The notes below the pieces were generated by a model. That model was not told where the DNA came from. It searched no databases and worked only from the letters and a program-made list of their open reading frames with translations. From the NCBI GenBank assembly GCA_031409335.1, contig JANNWY010000163.1, positions 1 to 25,225 of the forward strand: a DNA stretch of 25,225 bases. Direction: 5' to 3'. The stretch's first letter is position 1. Every line of letters starts with the position of its first letter. Made by a program: the position numbers and the translations under genes. The DNA comes from Chthoniobacteraceae bacterium. GTDB lineage: Bacteria; Verrucomicrobiota; Verrucomicrobiia; Chthoniobacterales; Chthoniobacteraceae. Below are positions 23,242 to 25,225 of the stretch, piece after piece.

Positions 23242-25224
23242 TTATTTCCGGCGGCGAAATCCGGCGAAAGCGAGTGCGCTCGCGAGCAGCGCGCCGATGC
23301 CCGGTTCGGGCACGGGTGCCAGCGCGGGCGCAGGGGCGATGGCTCCGAGCGTCACGGTCGCGCCGTTCGCGATCGTCAGCGCGGCGAGGGTTTCGCTGAC
23401 GCCGATGTTGGTCTCGCCCGCGTTCGCATTCAAAATCACACCGCCTGTGCCGAGCGCGCCGGTGATGTCGAGGTCTCCGGCGTTGTTTTTGTTGATCGTC
23501 CCGCTGCCGCTCGCGGTGGCGAGGGTGATGTCATTCGCGCCGGTAAGCGCGAGAGTTTGTCCGGCGAGCGCGACGCTGCTGATCGCGAAATCGCCCGCCG
23601 CCGCGTTGAAACTTTCATTCGCACTCAGCGTGATCGCGGCGGCGATCGTTTGCGTTTCCGTGTCGTTGTTCACGATGCCGCCGGTGCCGATAGTCACGCC
23701 TTGCGGGCCGGTGATGGTGAACGCGCCCGCCGCGTTGTTGAAGGTGATCGAGTGGACATTCCACGGCGTATCGACGCTCGGTGCGAGGCGCACATTGCCG
23801 GTGAAGATGAGATCGGCGGTCGCGTTGTTGAGCGGCTGCACGTCGAGGGTCCAGTTGGCATCGGTAATCCAGTTGTTATTCGCGCCGCCGCCATCCCAAG
23901 TGCGGCTGATGAAGACGGGATCGAGCGCGACCTGGATTTCTCCGGCGGTGTAAAGCGCCGCCTGGCTCCAGAGCAGTCCGGGAGCGAGCGCCGGCAGATT
24001 CACCGTGGTGAAAGTGCCGGCGGTCGTGCCGAAGTCGTAGAGGTTAAAAACATTGCCCGCCGCCGGCTGAAAGCCGCTGATCAGCGGCACATTCAGCGTG
24101 CCTCCAAAGGTCATTTTCCCCGCCACATTCATCGCATCGTATTGCGTCCCGCGTGTCGTCCCACCGAGTTCCATCTCGTTCGTCAGGAATGTCCCGTAAA
24201 CCACATCGCCGCCGAAGGTCACGAGCGCCGGCGAATTGCCCGGCGAGTAGTTGCTTTCAAAATAGATCGTGCCCGTGCCGCTGAAGCTGCCTGCGCCGCG
24301 CACTTCGCCGAAGAAGACGATGGCCGAGCCCGCGCTCGCTTTCACATCGAGCCCGCTGTGGCGGAAGATGTCGAAGAACGACGCCGTGGCCCCGCCGCTG
24401 ACGATGAGCCGCGAGCCGGCCAGCATTTGCACGGTGCCGTAAATCTGCGAGTCGCCGCCGCTGAGATTGATGTTGCCTGAGTTCATCAGCCCCGCCGTCG
24501 GACTGCCGAGCGAGGGCACGGGCGACGTGGGAAAATAGAGCGCGCCCTGGCCGTTGATCTGCCCGAATGCGGAGTTCGTGAACTGCTGCGTGAATTGCAG
24601 CGTGCCGCCGAGCAGATTCAGCCGCCCCGCGTTCGCGCCGTTCGTCCCGGTGAAGGTCAGCGTCTTGCCAAATTCCCCGCGCACTTCGCCGCCCGCGTTG
24701 TTGTTGAAGGCATTCGTGATCGTGCCGTCGCCGGTCACGAGTCCGGCGTTCGCGATCGTTCCCCCGCCGAGCAGCCGCCCGGTGCCGCTCGTGAGTTCGA
24801 TCCGCGCACCGCCGGCGTTGTTGAGCGTGGTTCCCACGGAAAGATCGCGCGCCACGAAAAGGCGCGCGCCCGCGGCGTTGGTCAGCGTGCCCGCGACACT
24901 CGCGGAGCCGGAGCGGATTTCGAGCGTGGAGTTATTGATCAGCGCGTCGGCGAAGTTCAGCGTCCCGCCATCCACGATGACCGGCGTACTCACCGTCACC
25001 GGGAACCCGACCATGGAAGCGAGCGTTTGCCCGGAGTTGAGCGTGCCATCGAGACCGAGGAGCTTCGGCACGTTGCTGCTGTTGAGGGTCGTGGCCCCGC
25101 CGAATTGCAGCGTGCCGCCGGTCCAGTTGAACTGCCCGTCGAGTTCACCGAACCCATTCACCGAGAGCGTGCCGCTGTGCAGATTGATCGTGCCATCGCG
25201 GAAAAGCCGCATGGTGGACGTGCT
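23242..25224 (-). CDS. Beta-strand repeat protein with PEP-CTERM sorting signal, 5'-partial (gene F)
   Basis: The frame stays open to the right edge, so the Met at 25212 is probably internal. Ends VPEPGIGALLASALAFAGFRRRK. Large blocks are shared with genes D and E. Confidence 0.9.
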   Translation of the reverse strand, partial: STSTMRLFRDGTINLHSGTLSVNGFGELDGQFNWTGGTLQFGGATTLNSSNVPKLLGLDGTLNSGQTLASMVGFPVTVSTPVIVDGGTLNFADALINNSTLEIRSGSASVAGTLTNAAGARLFVARDLSVGTTLNNAGGARIELTSGTGRLLGGGTIANAGLVTGDGTITNAFNNNAGGEVRGEFGKTLTFTGTNGANAGRLNLLGGTLQFTQQFTNSAFGQINGQGALYFPTSPVPSLGSPTAGLMNSGNINLSGGDSQIYGTVQMLAGSRLIVSGGATASFFDIFRHSGLDVKASAGSAIVFFGEVRGAGSFSGTGTIYFESNYSPGNSPALVTFGGDVVYGTFLTNEMELGGTTRGTQYDAMNVAGKMTFGGTLNVPLISGFQPAAGNVFNLYDFGTTAGTFTTVNLPALAPGLLWSQAALYTAGEIQVALDPVFISRTWDGGGANNNWITDANWTLDVQPLNNATADLIFTGNVRLAPSVDTPWNVHSITFNNAAGAFTITGPQGVTIGTGGIVNNDTETQTIAAAITLSANESFNAAAGDFAISSVALAGQTLALTGANDITLATASGSGTINKNNAGDLDITGALGTGGVILNANAGETNIGVSETLAALTIANGATVTLGAIAPAPALAPVPEPGIGALLASALAFAGFRRRK
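23297..24230. repeat. Long direct repeat, copy in gene F (partner 15327-16260 in gene D)
   Basis: Same 7970-bp offset at both ends. Near-identical peptide, e.g. MELGGTTRGTQYDA...IQVALDPVFISRTWDGGG...VPEPG. Confidence 0.92.
24230..24690. repeat. Long direct repeat, copy in gene F (partner 19433-19893 in gene E)
   Basis: Same 4797-bp offset at both ends. Includes a 56-bp exact run beginning ggcgaattgcccggcgagtagttgctttcaaaatag. Peptide GEVRGEFGKTLTF...FESNYSPGNSPA. Confidence 0.92.
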
Positions 25225-25225
25225 G

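Noticed and set aside
3750..24480. Many long plus-strand and alternate-frame ORFs (e.g. 7394-10552, 10616-13234, 4240-5931, 22453-24480)
   Set aside because: Shadow ORFs of GC-rich, Gly/Ala/Thr-rich genes. They are Arg- or Pro/Val-rich, lack motifs and overlap well-supported CDSs.
19433..24690. Possible diversity-generating retroelement template/variable repeat pair
   Set aside because: Differences between copies are largely synonymous and not adenine-specific, both copies are in-frame coding, and no reverse transcriptase is present.
15263..25225. Shufflon or invertible-segment system
   Set aside because: All shared blocks are direct repeats, with no inverted crossover sites and no site-specific recombinase in the window.

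Overview
GC-rich bacterial DNA, probably Verrucomicrobia (Chthoniobacter-like; inferred from PEP-CTERM tails, an FYRLRLP-type C-terminus and no clear Shine-Dalgarno motifs). Bases 1-3400 are a disturbed accessory patch: the 5' end and terminal inverted repeat of an IS4-family element, a truncated phosphopentomutase (deoB) 3' fragment (neither is in the ORF track), a stand-alone ABC-ATPase-TOPRIM fusion gene (candidate anti-phage effector) bracketed by REP-like half-sites, a hairpin-dense intergenic region, 20-bp and 43-bp repeat arrays and an orphan gene tail. Bases 3330-25225 are a tightly packed minus-strand array of five very large beta-strand-repeat surface proteins (1049, 2552, ~1229, 1420 and >660 aa) with a LysR regulator in the middle. 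These paralogues are mosaics. The right-most gene shares ~460 bp with one neighbour and ~935 bp with another, switching donor at a PGxSPA motif, which suggests a surface-protein locus diversified by module swapping. All family calls come from motif recognition by eye; no searches were run.
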